From positions 33,978,001 to 34,042,000 of the forward strand of contig NC_087436.1 in the NCBI RefSeq assembly GCF_036321535.1: a stretch of 64,000 nucleotides of DNA, read 5' to 3'. Below the pieces are notes generated by a model. That model was given only the letters and a program-made list of their open reading frames with translations, was not told where the DNA came from and ran no database searches. This DNA comes from Camelus dromedarius. Lineage: Eukaryota. Positions 38,701 through 51,655 of the stretch are shown here, piece by piece. Made by a program: the position numbers and the translations under genes. Numbering within the stretch: the first letter of the stretch is position 1; each line of letters opens with the position of its first letter.

Positions 38701-41429
38701 AGTTCAAACTATAGACCATACTTTTAAGACTGTTTAAAAAAGAGTGATTTAGGCACCCAACAGATACACTAGAAGAATTTTGAAAAAAGAAGAGATGGCA
38801 TTATTTTTCGAAGTAGAAACTGGAAATTTACCTAATCCAGATGGAATATAGACAGAATAAATCTTAAAATAGAAATTTATTCCATGGATTTATTTTATTA
38901 TCAGAAGAGCGAAATCTATTCCTTCACTTCTCAGAAGCTCAGAAACATCTTGCAATGATATATTAACTCAGTAATAACCAACATATTTCCTTGTCTCTAT
39001 AGCTCTCTTCCATTTTTCTGAGTGTACATAGGCTCTGTTTCACTCATGTTACCAGAATTAATCCTACCCCAGGGAGAAGCTTATCCCAGGGACAATGTTA
39101 AAATATCCAATTTAAGAGCTTAAGTAAACCAGTCTAAACAACTGAGTTGGTATTTTTTCCTACATTAAGTTTAAATCTATAAAGTGCACTTCAAAATTAT
39201 TATTGAAACCACACTTTTATTTCACCCACCAGTTCTGATAATTGAGTCTCTTTCTTGAGTACCTAGTGTCCATGAACTCATTGTAACTTCTTGCTAGATC
39301 TCCCCAAGTTTCACTTTTGTTTGAATTATTACCACTGTGCTTTCCAGATTACTATCTTAGCCTGAGTCTTTTCAAAGGGCTAATCTCATTTCTAAATTCT
39401 AATCCTTTCAATGCAAGCTTCTCTAGTGGTTCTGGAACTGGAATCTGACTTGTTAAGACTCTTCTTTGCTTCCTTTTTCTTTTTTCTTATTCTACAAGAG
39501 TTTTCAGAATAATAGTTTTAGTGATGAATTGGTGGAGTGATGTGTTGTCATATTTCTAGATCAAGTTCCCAGTTATATGACTGTCACATAAGTAAAGGTC
39601 AGCTACTTTCCAGGTCATCCTGAGTTATTGTCTCCACCATTAATTAAGCATTTCAAAGAAAGAATAAAAGACTAAGCTTGAGAAACAAAAACATAGAGGG
39701 TCAAGAAAAGTTGCACTTCTCTTGAAGGTAGAAATGGGAAAATGTAAAATTAGAAGATGATTATAGGCAAAGACAATAGTAGAGGGCTTTATGAACAATT
39801 CAGGGCTGAGACTCTCAATATGGTAGAATTAACACCAGCTGTGCTACAGCTGACTCACTGTATACTGACAGTACTTCATCTGATATGTCATATTTGGAAC
39901 AATCATCACTTAGTGTTTCTAGATTTTATAAAAATATCAAGGAAAGAACACTTGCCTTCATTTTGTAGCCTTTAAATAAAGGGCACCATTATAACCTCAC
40001 ATTATCATTAATGTATAGGAAGACATTCCCAATTACCTCAAGTGTTTTAGTTGCCAGCATGTACATTTGATATGGGTTTGTTTCCATCCATGTCCATGTG
40101 CACTGTAAGCAGAAAACACTTCTACTAGTTTGGTCTAGAATAATTGAGTCCATTTATAATCAGCAGTCTACTGGCAAGTGACCTGTACTGCATGCTGGGA
40201 GGACGCAGTTTGATGTGGGCCTTCTCCCAATGTCTGCAGTTACTGGCAACACTTCCCTGTTGTTCTATCTCTGGCTTTCATATCCTACGGAGAGGTTGAT
40301 CTCACTTGGCTCTGTATTGGCTCAGTGAACTTTGGAAACAGATAATCTGACTGTCCTTTGGTAGATAGTCATCATATCTTTTCATGATCTGGCCATTTTA
40401 CTCATCAGGATCTTCTCTAGGATCTTCACCTTCTTCGTAAATGATTAACACTATAATCTCTGAAAACTGTGTGCTAAGCTTAGATCACATTAATAGTCAC
40501 CAGTAATGATTATGTAAGGCAATTACTGTATCTTAAAACATGAAATGTTCTCTTCCATAGAAGGGTGAAAATTAGTCAAAAAGTTCATTAAGAACAAAAA
40601 TGTTAAAGTAACAATTTGATACTTTAATATTTTAGTCAATACAAGCCCTTAAACCAAATAATTAGACCCAATACAAAATTTTAGAGCTCAACTTACATGA
40701 TTTAATAAAAAATATATTGCTGTCTAATGAGTAACAGATTTTCCATTGTCTTACTAAAAGAGAAATGTGGTAGTCCACGACTAAGTGAGTAGATCCTGTT
40801 TTTACAGAATGCCTGCAACTCACTCTGGGGAGACTGTTTTGAAAGGATTACCTAATAAAAATGGAGAAGGAACAAGTGAGTACTAACATATATCAATACC
40901 CAACATAACTCAGTTACCCTGTCTGGAAGTCAAAATCTATTACACACTAGTGAAACAGATGGATTTTCTATTGTGCAATTATAGCCTAGATTTTTACTGA
41001 GGTCAATAAACATAAATGTTATGGGCCTTTCATAATATTCTTTTCCAAAGAAATATATGTAATTTAAGTGCCACAAAGTACATTCCAGTGTATAAAAACA
41101 GTAGCAAAAATAAAATTTATGAGAATGAGAAGCAGCAGTCACATTGAAGAAATAAAGCTATGCGTGGAATTACATCTTTCTATATTTAATTATTCTTCGG
41201 GCATCTTAATTGGATCAGTAGTCCCCTCCCATAAATTATGTCCACTTTGTAAAAATGTTTTCTTTGGTGTTAAAGAAAAAAGCCCTATTGATTTCATATC
41301 ATTATTTTTAAGGTTGAGTTCAGGCTTTATTTTTATTATTTTTTGCTTTGCAAGTTAAGACTGTAAACAGAATACAATATAATTTCTCACAAATTTTTAT
41401 AACCCTAAAAGTATTTTTTAGCTTTTAAT

Positions 41430-42300
41430 TTTTAAATTTTGGTAACAAATACTAATACCTAATAATCTTGGAAGAAAAGTTCAAATGATATTTTTGAGAA
41501 TAAGTTGCTATCTCATCACCGTCGAATAATTTAGTGTATGTTTCCTATAAACGAGGCCATTATCCTATATAAACATAACACACCATGAAGAACCATGAGA
41601 TTACATATACATTTATATTACTTAAACCTCAGATTCCGTTCAAGTATCTTCAATTGTCTGATTAATGACTTGTGTAGTAAAAAATCCAGTTTACAGTTAT
41701 ATGCTGCATTCAATTGTTTTCCTTCAATCTGTAATATTTCCTTAGTCTTTCCTTGACTTTCATGACCTTCATCTTTAAGGGCATAAGCTAATTATTTTTT
41801 ACAATCTATTCCAAATAGATTTGATTAGATTTAGGTTATGAATTTGGGGCAGTACCTTTATAGAAGTGATGTTGTGTTTTTCTCATTGCATCTTATAAAG
41901 GTGACACACAATTTCAGTCTCTTCAATTATTGATAATGTTTACTTTGATCATTTCATTAAGACAATGTCAGCCAAAGCCATTCTACTGTTCAGTTTTGCT
42001 ATACCCCTTTGTAATTAATACATACTTTACGAGGAGGTAGTTTGAAATGATAAATAACCCATTCCTCATCAGACTTTATACATACCCATTAATTGTTTTG
42101 TATTTTTATTGACCTTATCATTTACTATTTTGTTTGATAGGTAAAATGTATTATTATTGCTATTTTTTGATCATCAAATTATTCCATATTTGGTCAGCAG
42201 GACCCCATTCACACCAATTTCTGTGGGGGGTTTCCCATCATTTCTCAGCCTTTTTTGACACTACAAACATTCCAGTTTCATCTTGTACTTTCTTTTCTAA
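41430..42300 (-). mobile_element. Old L1 3' region (L1MC4-like)
   Basis: tttgagaataagttgc...ttagtgtatgtttccta...ccttagtctttccttgactttcatgacctt...tttggtcagcaggaccccattc. Confidence 0.75.
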
Positions 42301-45239
42301 ACTCTGATTTACAATCTAGGATGTGTCTCACTACACCATTCTATTTGTAAATGATTTATAAAATAATAAAAACGGTGTCCCATTAAGAAGCCGAACCTCC
42401 AAAGCACATCAACACCTTTGATAGTTCATTTTCATTCATAACACATAATCTGTGTCAAGCCCTTAAATACAAATCTCAATGAGGCACCATTCCTGTCTAT
42501 GTGTTGTTAACAATAGAAACAAACAACAACAAGAAAAAGAAAGGGTCAAGCCAAGTTTTAAATGCCAATTGACTTAATAAAATCTCAGTTCAGAACATGG
42601 ATAAAAACTTAGAAACATGAATGAATGTTTAATTATTAAATTTTTTTACCCTGATACCGGAATATGTATATGAAGATTGTTTAAAGGATTATTTTCACAT
42701 TGCAAGGCACAAATAATTCAGAGTGGCATATTCACATGCTTTTGTTGTCACCAAAGAGTTAGCAAGGAAGGACAAATTTGGAGAAGAAACACTGAGGGTA
42801 AAAAATTTTGCAATTTTTTGCAAATTTTTACACTAAAATTATTAGACCTAAGTGCCCACTGAACCAAATTTTATTTAACGTAGACTTGCTGTATCAGAAC
42901 ACAAATTTGAAAAATTGGCAAACCTAATCTGAAATAAGTCCAGTATGCTAATCTCTGAGAGGAACTGGTTTACTGAGGGATGAGTAAATCCGTGAGGACT
43001 GAAGTCTGAGGGAGCCTGCAAATAAGAAGCCTGAGACCAGTGCGATGTGGAATCAGCAGCCAGGCCTGCCGTGAACAGAAGTAACCATTATATACTTGTC
43101 AGACTTTATGAGACAGTTTAGATATAAACAGCATGAGTAGCAGCCAAATCCAGCCTTTCCATTCCTCTCTTCTTCTCTCTGGAGCTGTGGCTAAAACCTG
43201 TGCCAATGACCACTGGGATTTGTAACACCCTTTTGCCAGTAATAGAGGCCAGACAGTCATTAAATTGGATATAAACAAGGCAGGAATTAAGAATGGGGAA
43301 TGGGAGGTCCAGACCTCCTAGTAAACCATCTGGAGAAAACCCGGATTTCCCTGATGTAATCTCAGGCCTTAAAGTTCAAATCAGCAACTCTACCCTGAAA
43401 TAAATAGAGGTAAACCCATTTTGTGTAAAGGTGGGGAAAAATTAAAAATTCTCACCCCCTGAGCTAACAGGATACATATATGTACATTACGTACGTATGC
43501 ACCTTTGAATTCTCCCAGGCTCACTCTAACTGTACACGTATCTATGCATATATCTCTCCCTCTCATTTTACCTGTATATGTGTATAAATATCCTTAAAGT
43601 TGACTCTCAGATTAATTTTAATAATCAGTGTATCTTTATTAAATAATTAAATGAATTTTAACCTTATGCAAGAAAACTAAAGAAATCTACCAAAAAATGA
43701 CACTAATTCTTACACAGTTTTAAAATTACTCTTCAAATTAAGTCCTCCTGCATTTAATGGAAACGATTCCTTCAGGACATACATCCTCAAGGGAACCCTG
43801 GGATCTCATCTCTCTGGTGTCCATCCAGCCTAAGGAAAATTGTTCAGATAAGAGTGATCTAAAACAGATTTTAGATCTAGCCACAGAGAAGACCATTAAC
43901 ATAACACTAAACAAAACTCTCATATAGTTAGCGAAGCTGTGACTTCAGAGAACCTCACTTGCATAGACCACTTCCACAGCAAAGAAAAAGGCCCTAGCAG
44001 TTTCACACTAATTATTACATATTATATATCTTAAATGAGGCCCCCCAGATTATATGTTTAAAGCCTCACAAAGAATATAGGAGTCAAAATGTTCTCTTGT
44101 TACCTTCTAACTAAATTGATTTCTAGGCAAGGTATACAATTGTTCATTTATTTACTCACTTATTCAAATGATGTCTCTTGAACATTGGCCTTGTATGAGG
44201 CACTAGGCTTTGTGGGAAAGAAAAATGCCAAAGAATTGGCTCTCAAAGAGTTTGTGTTCTAGTAGGAGAGAGGGGCAGAAACAGAAACATAAAGAGGTAG
44301 GAAGCTAAATTTATTACACACAGTGGTCTCTGTACCCAGTGTACATGGGTTTGCAGGAGAGGTCAGAACAAAAGGCAGCAGATCATTGGAACACACCAAG
44401 CTTCTGAATGTGCTTTGACTGTATTTACATTGTTAAGGTATCTATTTTGGATAGTGTTGTCTAAATTTAGTAGTGGTCTTTGGGGATACAGCATAATAGG
44501 CATAAAAGACAGGAAACATTTGGTAAACTAACCTCCTTTAAATGAGAAAAAAGTTACTATTCATACTTCAATGCCATATTATGTTTTGAAAGCATAATGA
44601 CTTCTTAATCAGGCTATGGGAAGTCATAAATTGCCACCCAAACTTAGCTGTTACTTCAGAGTTAAGGAGGATGTGTTTTTTGTCTTCATTAGATGTCTAG
44701 ATTTTTCTCTGGCAGTCTGAAATCTCAGTTCACTCTAGTTCCTACATTTTTTTCCTTGCTAATTTCTGTTGAGTTCTTAAAATAAAAATAGAACAACATA
44801 ATATTAGGCTTTTAAAATTTTTATGCAGTTTAATTTCACTAATATTTCATTAACTTCATGTATGTGTAAGATCAGAATTTCATTCAAACACTTTGTGAAT
44901 TGTAAATCTCTTTCAAAATAAGTTATCTGACTATGTGTACAGTATTAGGTCCTCTGCTGACATTAAAAGCAAATTGAAACTAAAAGCAAACCCAGTAAAA
45001 GTTGGCAATTCTTCAAACAATATACATAATCAAACTGAATTTAAAACAAATTGCTTACTACTCTCTCAGTTAGTCACAGAAAATATGGCATTTGTGAACT
45101 TCAGTTATATGAAGAGTTAGTGTCACTCGTAACATATTCTCAGAGTAGAGATATAATCTTGGCTAATTATTTCTTCCAGAATCATAAATTCAGATCTAAA
45201 ATGTGTCGGGTAACAGGTTAGACTTCCTCAGAATAGATA

Positions 45240-46060
45240 CGAAAGTCAGTTGACACAAAAACATAAAAATCAGCATAGGGAACAATGTGCCATAATATAA
45301 GTAAGACCAAAAGATGATCATAACACACTAAGAGTGGAAACAATTGCTCTGCCATAAACTGTGAGGCGGTTCTTCAAGAAGAAGTAACAATTTATAGCTT
45401 TCAAGAAAAATAGTTGGAGCTTTCAGATGAAGAAGGAGGTAGTTGTTTCAGGCAGGGAAACAGATCACAAAAAGAAGTCACAGAAAAAGCCTGGTGTCCT
45501 CAGGGAATGACAGTTAACTGAGTTTGAGAAAAGGTTCAAACAGGTACTGAAGAGGTTGGTAGGGTAACGTTCAATCAGACTGTGGAGGGCAGGACTCAAT
45601 CCTTTGGACAACAGAAAACCCATGGAGGTTTGAAGCTGTGAAATGACATAACCAGATTTCTTCTGTAGATAGGCTTTGGTAACTAGCCACACACTTCTCA
45701 GTATTGTGGAAAATGAAATATAGGTGGTGAAAGTGAAGGAGGGAGTGATCAGATGAAAGGCATTTGAAACAGACCTTGCAAGAGATGACACAGGTTTGAC
45801 CTAAAGGCAGTGGAAACAAGGACAGAGAGAGAGTCCAGGATTTTAATACACTGCTGAGACAGATCCTCTAGTGTGTGATGACAAATTGACATAAAACATG
45901 AGAGTAATAGAAGGAATCATTTATATTATACCTATTGCTTGAAAGATTTAGAATTCTCTTACCTGAGATACAGAGCTCAGTGAGAGTACTAGGTAGAAAG
46001 AAAACCACAATTTTGAACATACTGAGTTTGAGGTTCCTTGAAGCACGCCAAGTAAAATAG
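45240..46060 (-). mobile_element. L2 fragment
   Basis: Purine-rich antisense L2 text (aatcagactgtggagggc...ccatggaggtttgaagc...attttgaacatactgagtttgaggt). Confidence 0.7.
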
Positions 46061-46084
46061 AAATTTATCTCCAAACTGATAAAC

Positions 46085-46680
46085 TGATATTATGGCCTCC
46101 AGTCCCTACCCATACTTCCTCAAATCCATCTTCTACATTGCTGTCAGAATGATTTTATAAAAATTCAACTTTGACCATGTTACTCCTTTTCATTCAATCT
46201 TTCTTTGGTTCCATATTGACATAGAGAGAAAAGGTTTCAGATTCTCTTTGGAACTCCACAGCCTGGACCCACCTGCTTCCCTAGGCTCTCTCTGGTTGCA
46301 CTCTTCTTTTAAACATTTGCTTCTGGTACATTGATTTATTGCTCTTTCACAGTTCCCTGTCTTTTTTTTTTTTTTTTTCCTGGCTGTTCATTCTGCCTGG
46401 AATGCCCTAATAAGCACAAATTTTTCTAACACTCAGGAGTTGTCTGTATCATGTCTTTGCTAAAGCTGGAATCAACCATTCCTCCATACATTGCATATGC
46501 CCCCCGACCCTGAGCACTGTGTATCCCTATAACCCTTGAGTGTACTTATTTATCAGCACATCGTCTACTAGAACATCAGGAACAATAAAGTACATTGTTT
46601 TTACATCTCCAGTGTATTGTACAGTTATTGGGTTTGGTAGGACAGAGAGAAATAAGATTAATAGAATGAAGGGGAGATAT
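46085..46680 (+). mobile_element. L2 3' fragment
   Basis: aaatccatcttctacattgctgtcagaatgattttataaaa...gaccatgttactcc...gctgttcattctgcctggaatgccct. Confidence 0.75.
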
Positions 46681-46689
46681 TAAAATGTA

Positions 46690-46980
46690 CATACCTTCAA
46701 AAATAATTCTACATTTAAGAATTTATTCTGTGGATGTTACACATGTGCACAGGCATGTATAGAAGAATGTGAATTGTGTTAGTGGTACCAATAAATGAGA
46801 AACAACATCAATGATCATCAGTAGAAGCCTGGTTAAATGAATTTTGATACAGCCGAATAATGAAATACTCTTCAGATGTTAATAGGATTTTGTGCATTTA
46901 TATGTGCTGATATAAAAAACCAAAGACAAAGTACAAAATCATAGTGAAAATCATTGCATATAATATGTTTCTATTTAAGT
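46690..46980 (+). mobile_element. Very old L1 3' fragment (L1ME-like)
   Basis: aataattctacatttaagaatttattct...aaacaacatcaatgatcatcagtagaagcctggttaaatgaatt. Confidence 0.7.
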
Positions 46981-46989
46981 TAGAAGTCA

Positions 46990-47320
46990 GTTTATTTAAT
47001 TCTTAGGGCAGCCTTAACAAATTTCCACAAACTTGGTGGCTTAAAACAACAGGAATTTATTGTCTCCTGGTTCTAGGGTCGAGAAGTTTGAAATCAAGGT
47101 GTTAGCAGCATCACACTTCCTCCAAAGACTCTAGGAATTGGTTTCATGTCTTTTTTATCTTCTGGTTGTTACAGGCTTCCTTGGCTTGTTGTGACATCAC
47201 TCAAAACCCTGCCTCTATCTTCGTATCTGTTTCTGCTTTGTGTATTTCTCATAAAGACATGTGTCACTGGATTAGGTCTCAGCCAGATAATCAAGGACCT
47301 TCTCTTCTGAAATTAACATA
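46990..47320 (-). mobile_element. MaLR LTR (MLT1-like), one end missing
   Basis: cttagggcagccttaacaaatttccacaaacttggtggcttaaaacaacaggaatttatt...gaagtttgaaatcaaggtgttagcag. Confidence 0.85.
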
Positions 47321-48142
47321 GCTCTTTTCATTACTGTTAGAATGGCATATCTTTCTCTATCAGCTCACTCTTATTTTTTTATGTTTTTATATTTAAAGTG
47401 AGATTCTTGAAGACAACATATCGTGGAGTCTTGATTTTCGGTCGACTCTGATTATCTCTGTCTTTTAATTGGTATTTTTAGATCATTGATGTTTAAAGTA
47501 ATTTTTGATATAGTTGAATTAATATCTGCCACATTTATTACTGTTTTCTGTTTGTTGTCCTTGTTGTTTGTTTCTGTTTTTGTCTTCTGCTCTTGTTCTG
47601 TCTTTTGTGGTTTTAACTGAGCATTTTACTGAATTCCTGTTTATCTCCTTTTTAGCATATCAGTTACACTTTTTAAATTTTACCCTTTTTTAGCAGTTAA
47701 CCTACAGTTTGCAACGTATTAACAACTAATTCATTTCCACACTCAAATAATACTGTATCACTTCGTGGGTCAGGTGAATAACTTATTAAGATATAATAAT
47801 CTTAATTCCTCCCTCCCAAATAATTTTTGTTACTCATTTGACTTATAAATTAGCATACACAAGCATATCTATCCTCCAGCAATTCAGTGACTATGGTTTA
47901 GATTTTCCTACCCCAGCACTGGTTCCTGTGGAGATTTCTTCTCATGGGTTTCTACTCTGGTAAATGATGATTCTCTGTTTGCCTGTCTCCAATTTTGGTG
48001 ACAGTGGTTTGCTCCTTGACCTCACTTCTCTGATGACTCTAAGAGAAATTGTAGATTTTTCAGTTTGTGCAGCTTTTTATTTGTTGTTGGGATGGACTGG
48101 CCACTATCAAGCTCCTTCCATGATGATTAGAATTCAGAAGGT
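47320..48142 (-). mobile_element. Old L1 (L1MC/L1MD-like): ORF2 start joined to a 5'-end piece
   Basis: aagtgagattcttgaagacaacatat encodes ICCLQESH (endonuclease motif) on the minus strand. 47870-48142 resembles my recall of the L1MC/MD 5' terminus. Confidence 0.75.
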
Positions 48143-48309
48143 TTTTTTTTGTTTGTTTAGTTTAAGTTTTTATTCCTTTGGGGGTATTTTCTTTCACTTA
48201 TTTGTATTTAAACTGTAACCAGAGTGAGGATTACAATGGTATAAGGAATGTCCCTCCTACGATAAAGTGAATATACAGTTCTAGAACTATTTTTATTAAC
48301 AACGTTACA

Positions 48310-48460
48310 CTAATTGGCTGGGCATGGGCCACATGCTTTCTGTGAACCAGAGAATGCAGTGCTCTGGCCAGCTTGGGCCATGTGCCCAGTGCTGTGGTGG
48401 TGGATACAGAGGAAGCAGATAGAGTTTTAGAAGTAACTCCATCAGGTGGGGAAAACAAAA
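48310..48460. mobile_element. Old MaLR LTR fragment (MLT1J/K-like)
   Basis: ctaattggctgggcatgggccacatgc...gaatgcagtgctctggccagcttgggccatgtgccc. Confidence 0.55.
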
Positions 48461-50073
48461 GAGTCTGAGATTCTTAAACTTAAAACAATGACACTATAGT
48501 TACAAAAAATAAATTCATGAAGGGTCCTTTACCAGGGTAAATGTTGAAAAGACACTTTGATTTAAAAACTACAGGCAACATTCTTTTCATCAATGAAATG
48601 AATATAGCAATGGAGTAGTATGTGAAAATAAAAGTAAAAAAAAATACTGAGATATAGGAAGAATCTGTGATTTTGTTTTTATTTGATTCTAGGGACTTAA
48701 ATTAGTAGCTTACACTTTCACAGAAAGTGGTTTAGTTTTTTCTGATCTTAAGGACATCTGAGAATAGAAATGGAATATAAAAGAACAAAATTAAGTGACC
48801 AGATTATGATTATAATCCTGAAGTGCCTGTTTTAAGCACATACACTCACGCACAAGGCAATTTCCCTCTGAAGCTTTCTGCCCACCCTTCTTTCCCTCTG
48901 TTACCAGCATTGCTGACATCCTCATCAATTTCCACTGGCTGTTGTGTGCATGTGTAATCATTTCATACCTTGGGGGTAAAGCTTGGTCTTTTAAACTCAA
49001 GGAATAATTATTATTTCAAGTAGCTCTCCATTTTCAATGAGAATCCTTTGGGTTCAGTTGGCTTCTATCCTTTATGTGTTTATTGGTACTGGAATTCTGT
49101 AAGCTACAGAGAGATTTTGGATCTGATTTCTTCCCTCTTGCCTCACTTCTTCCATCCTTCAACATAGAGCTCTTTCTTTCCACATTAACTTGAGCACATG
49201 ACAGTTAGATACTATGTATGACATTGAAACTGCTTCTAACATGACCTAATTTTCTATCCCACATAAACTGGAAAATCTGACTTTTAAAAAGTAAACTATG
49301 CCTTTCAGTGATGCAGTTCCCTAAAGCTTATGTATTTTTTAAGAAAATTTACATTCTGAAAGTATTATTCTTAAATATTCTTTTACATTATCAAGATATT
49401 GGCTGATTTTTTGAAATGCTGAGTATTTTAAGGAACCCTGTGGTTTTAATCCATAATAGGAATACTAACTTAAGATTGTTTCAAGTTTTTGTATATGTAT
49501 ATGTATACATATATGTCTGAAGAGCCAGATAAGTACCATAGTTCATGTTTATTCTTCCATAAAAAGTCTAATTTCAGGGAAAAATACATTTTTAATGCTT
49601 ATAAACAGTAGTAATTGTAGTAATTACTCCTGGTGAACAAATATTATATGATTAAATGGTTTTAATTCTTTCCATGCATAGTGTTATCAGTATTACAAAG
49701 TTCTTGGTATATTTTTCATGTCAGCTCTACTGAGAGACCTCTTTTAATTAGCTGTGAATTCTCTAAAATCTCTCACATGTATAAAGGTTTTCTAAGATTA
49801 TTTCAAATTAATTAGTTATTAGTTAGTGGAAAGGGTGGCAGGGAGAAAGAACAGAAAAAGTTTTCCTCCCTATTAGTAGGATGTGTCAAAATCAATTGAG
49901 AAATGGAATTCCCTTTAACTACTGATGCTTCCTCCAAATCCAGCCACATGGTAATGATGTCAAGCTCCCACACCTTGAGAGTCACTGTCAATCAGCCCCT
50001 TTACTGCTGGAAGTACATATTTCAGTTCTCAGGTTTTTGAGATGGTCAAAAGTGTGAGAACTACCATTAAATA

Positions 50074-50751
50074 AGTATGAAGATTCCTCAAAAGACTAGG
50101 AATAGACTTACCATATGACCCAGGAATCCCGCTCCTGGGCTTATGTCCAGAAGGAACCCTACTTCAGGATGACACCTGCACCCCAATGTTCATAGCAGCA
50201 TTATTTACAATAGCCAAGACATGGAAACAACCTAAATGTCCATCAACAGATGACTGGATAAAGAAGATGTGGTATATTTATACAATGGAATACTACTCAG
50301 CCATAAAAACCGACAACATAACACCATTTGCAGCAACATGGATGCTCCTGGAGAATGTCATTCTAAGTGAAGTAAGCCAGAAAGAGATAGAAAAATACCA
50401 TATGAGATCACTCATATGTGGAATCTAAAAAACAAAAACAAAAAACAGCATAAATGCAAAACAGAAATAGACTCATAGACATAGAATACAAACTTGTGGT
50501 TGCCAAGGGGGTGGAGGGTGGGAAGGGATAGACAGGATTTCAAAATGTAGAATAGATAAACAAGATTATACTGTAAAGCACAGGGAAATATACACAAGAT
50601 CTTATGGTAGCTCACAGAGAAAAAAATGTGACAATGAATATATATATGTTCATGTATAACTGAAAAATTGTGCTCTACACTGGAATTTGACACAACATTG
50701 TAAAATGATTATAAATCAATAAAAAATGTTAAAAAAAAACCTCAAAAAAAA
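50074..50751 (+). mobile_element. Young 5'-truncated L1 (ORF2 end + 3' UTR + A tail)
   Basis: Closely colinear with 14868-15537. ORF 50186-50428 is the ORF2 C-terminus ([20 protein letters not shown]...). aataaa and A-rich tail present. Confidence 0.96.
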
Positions 50752-51608
50752 TTCTGAGAATTACTTTCCCTCTGCCCCCACCCCCACATTAGCCAGAGAT
50801 CTTTGCTTTCATGTGGTTTATATATTGAGGTTTGGACAAAGCTTTGAATGCAAAACACTATTAAAGGAGAATTTGAAACCACTGAAAAAAAAATCAATAA
50901 AAAAATTTTTTTAAAAGGAAAAAGTTTAATAATTAGTAAATAATGTTTAATATGTAATATATATTTTGATATAATATATTTAACATATAACATATAATAA
51001 TGTTTCATAATTAGTAAATATAGCAATCAAATAAGGTGGGATTTTTTTTCCTGTATTCACTACACATTTTCTTGTGGTATAGAGTAATTTTCATTCAAAC
51101 TTGGCATTCACCTTAAACCATGTAGGTTAATATTTTCAAGAAAATATCAAGGAATGAATTATTTTTGTTAGAATTATAAACATTTTAAATTATCCTCTCG
51201 TCAGAGTTTGTCATACTCATATTATGGAATTATTTGTTTGCTCAGAACCAGTTTCCAGCACAACTGTAAATTTTGGGAATCTCAGAATAAATAGTGTGTT
51301 TGGTGTTCCATCCTCAGCACAGGTACATGTAGATACTGAGTGAAATTTTTCAATGAAGTAAGACATTCGGGGTGAAAGATTTTCACAATTTAGATCGTCA
51401 CAATTTTTTGGACTTTATTTATATCACAAAATAATCACCTATTATGCAGTAATTCTGAGAACTTTACCAAAAGGACAACTTAACCTAAATATATGTTTTT
51501 AAAACAGAGCCCACAAAGAGATAACTATCCAGTAGAAACAGTGTGAATAAAATACCCAAAGATCTTATAACACTGACAATGAATAAAATTCATATGAAAG
51601 ATCTTTGA

Positions 51609-51655
51609 AATATATATATATATATACACACATACATATATATATATATATATAT
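51609..51655. repeat. Compound (TA)n/(CA)n microsatellite
   Basis: atatatatatatatatacacacatacatatatatatatatatatat. Confidence 0.95.

Noticed and set aside
45240..46680. Adjacent inverted L2 copies as a dsRNA-forming pair
   Set aside because: The copies are too diverged to show extended complementarity by eye.
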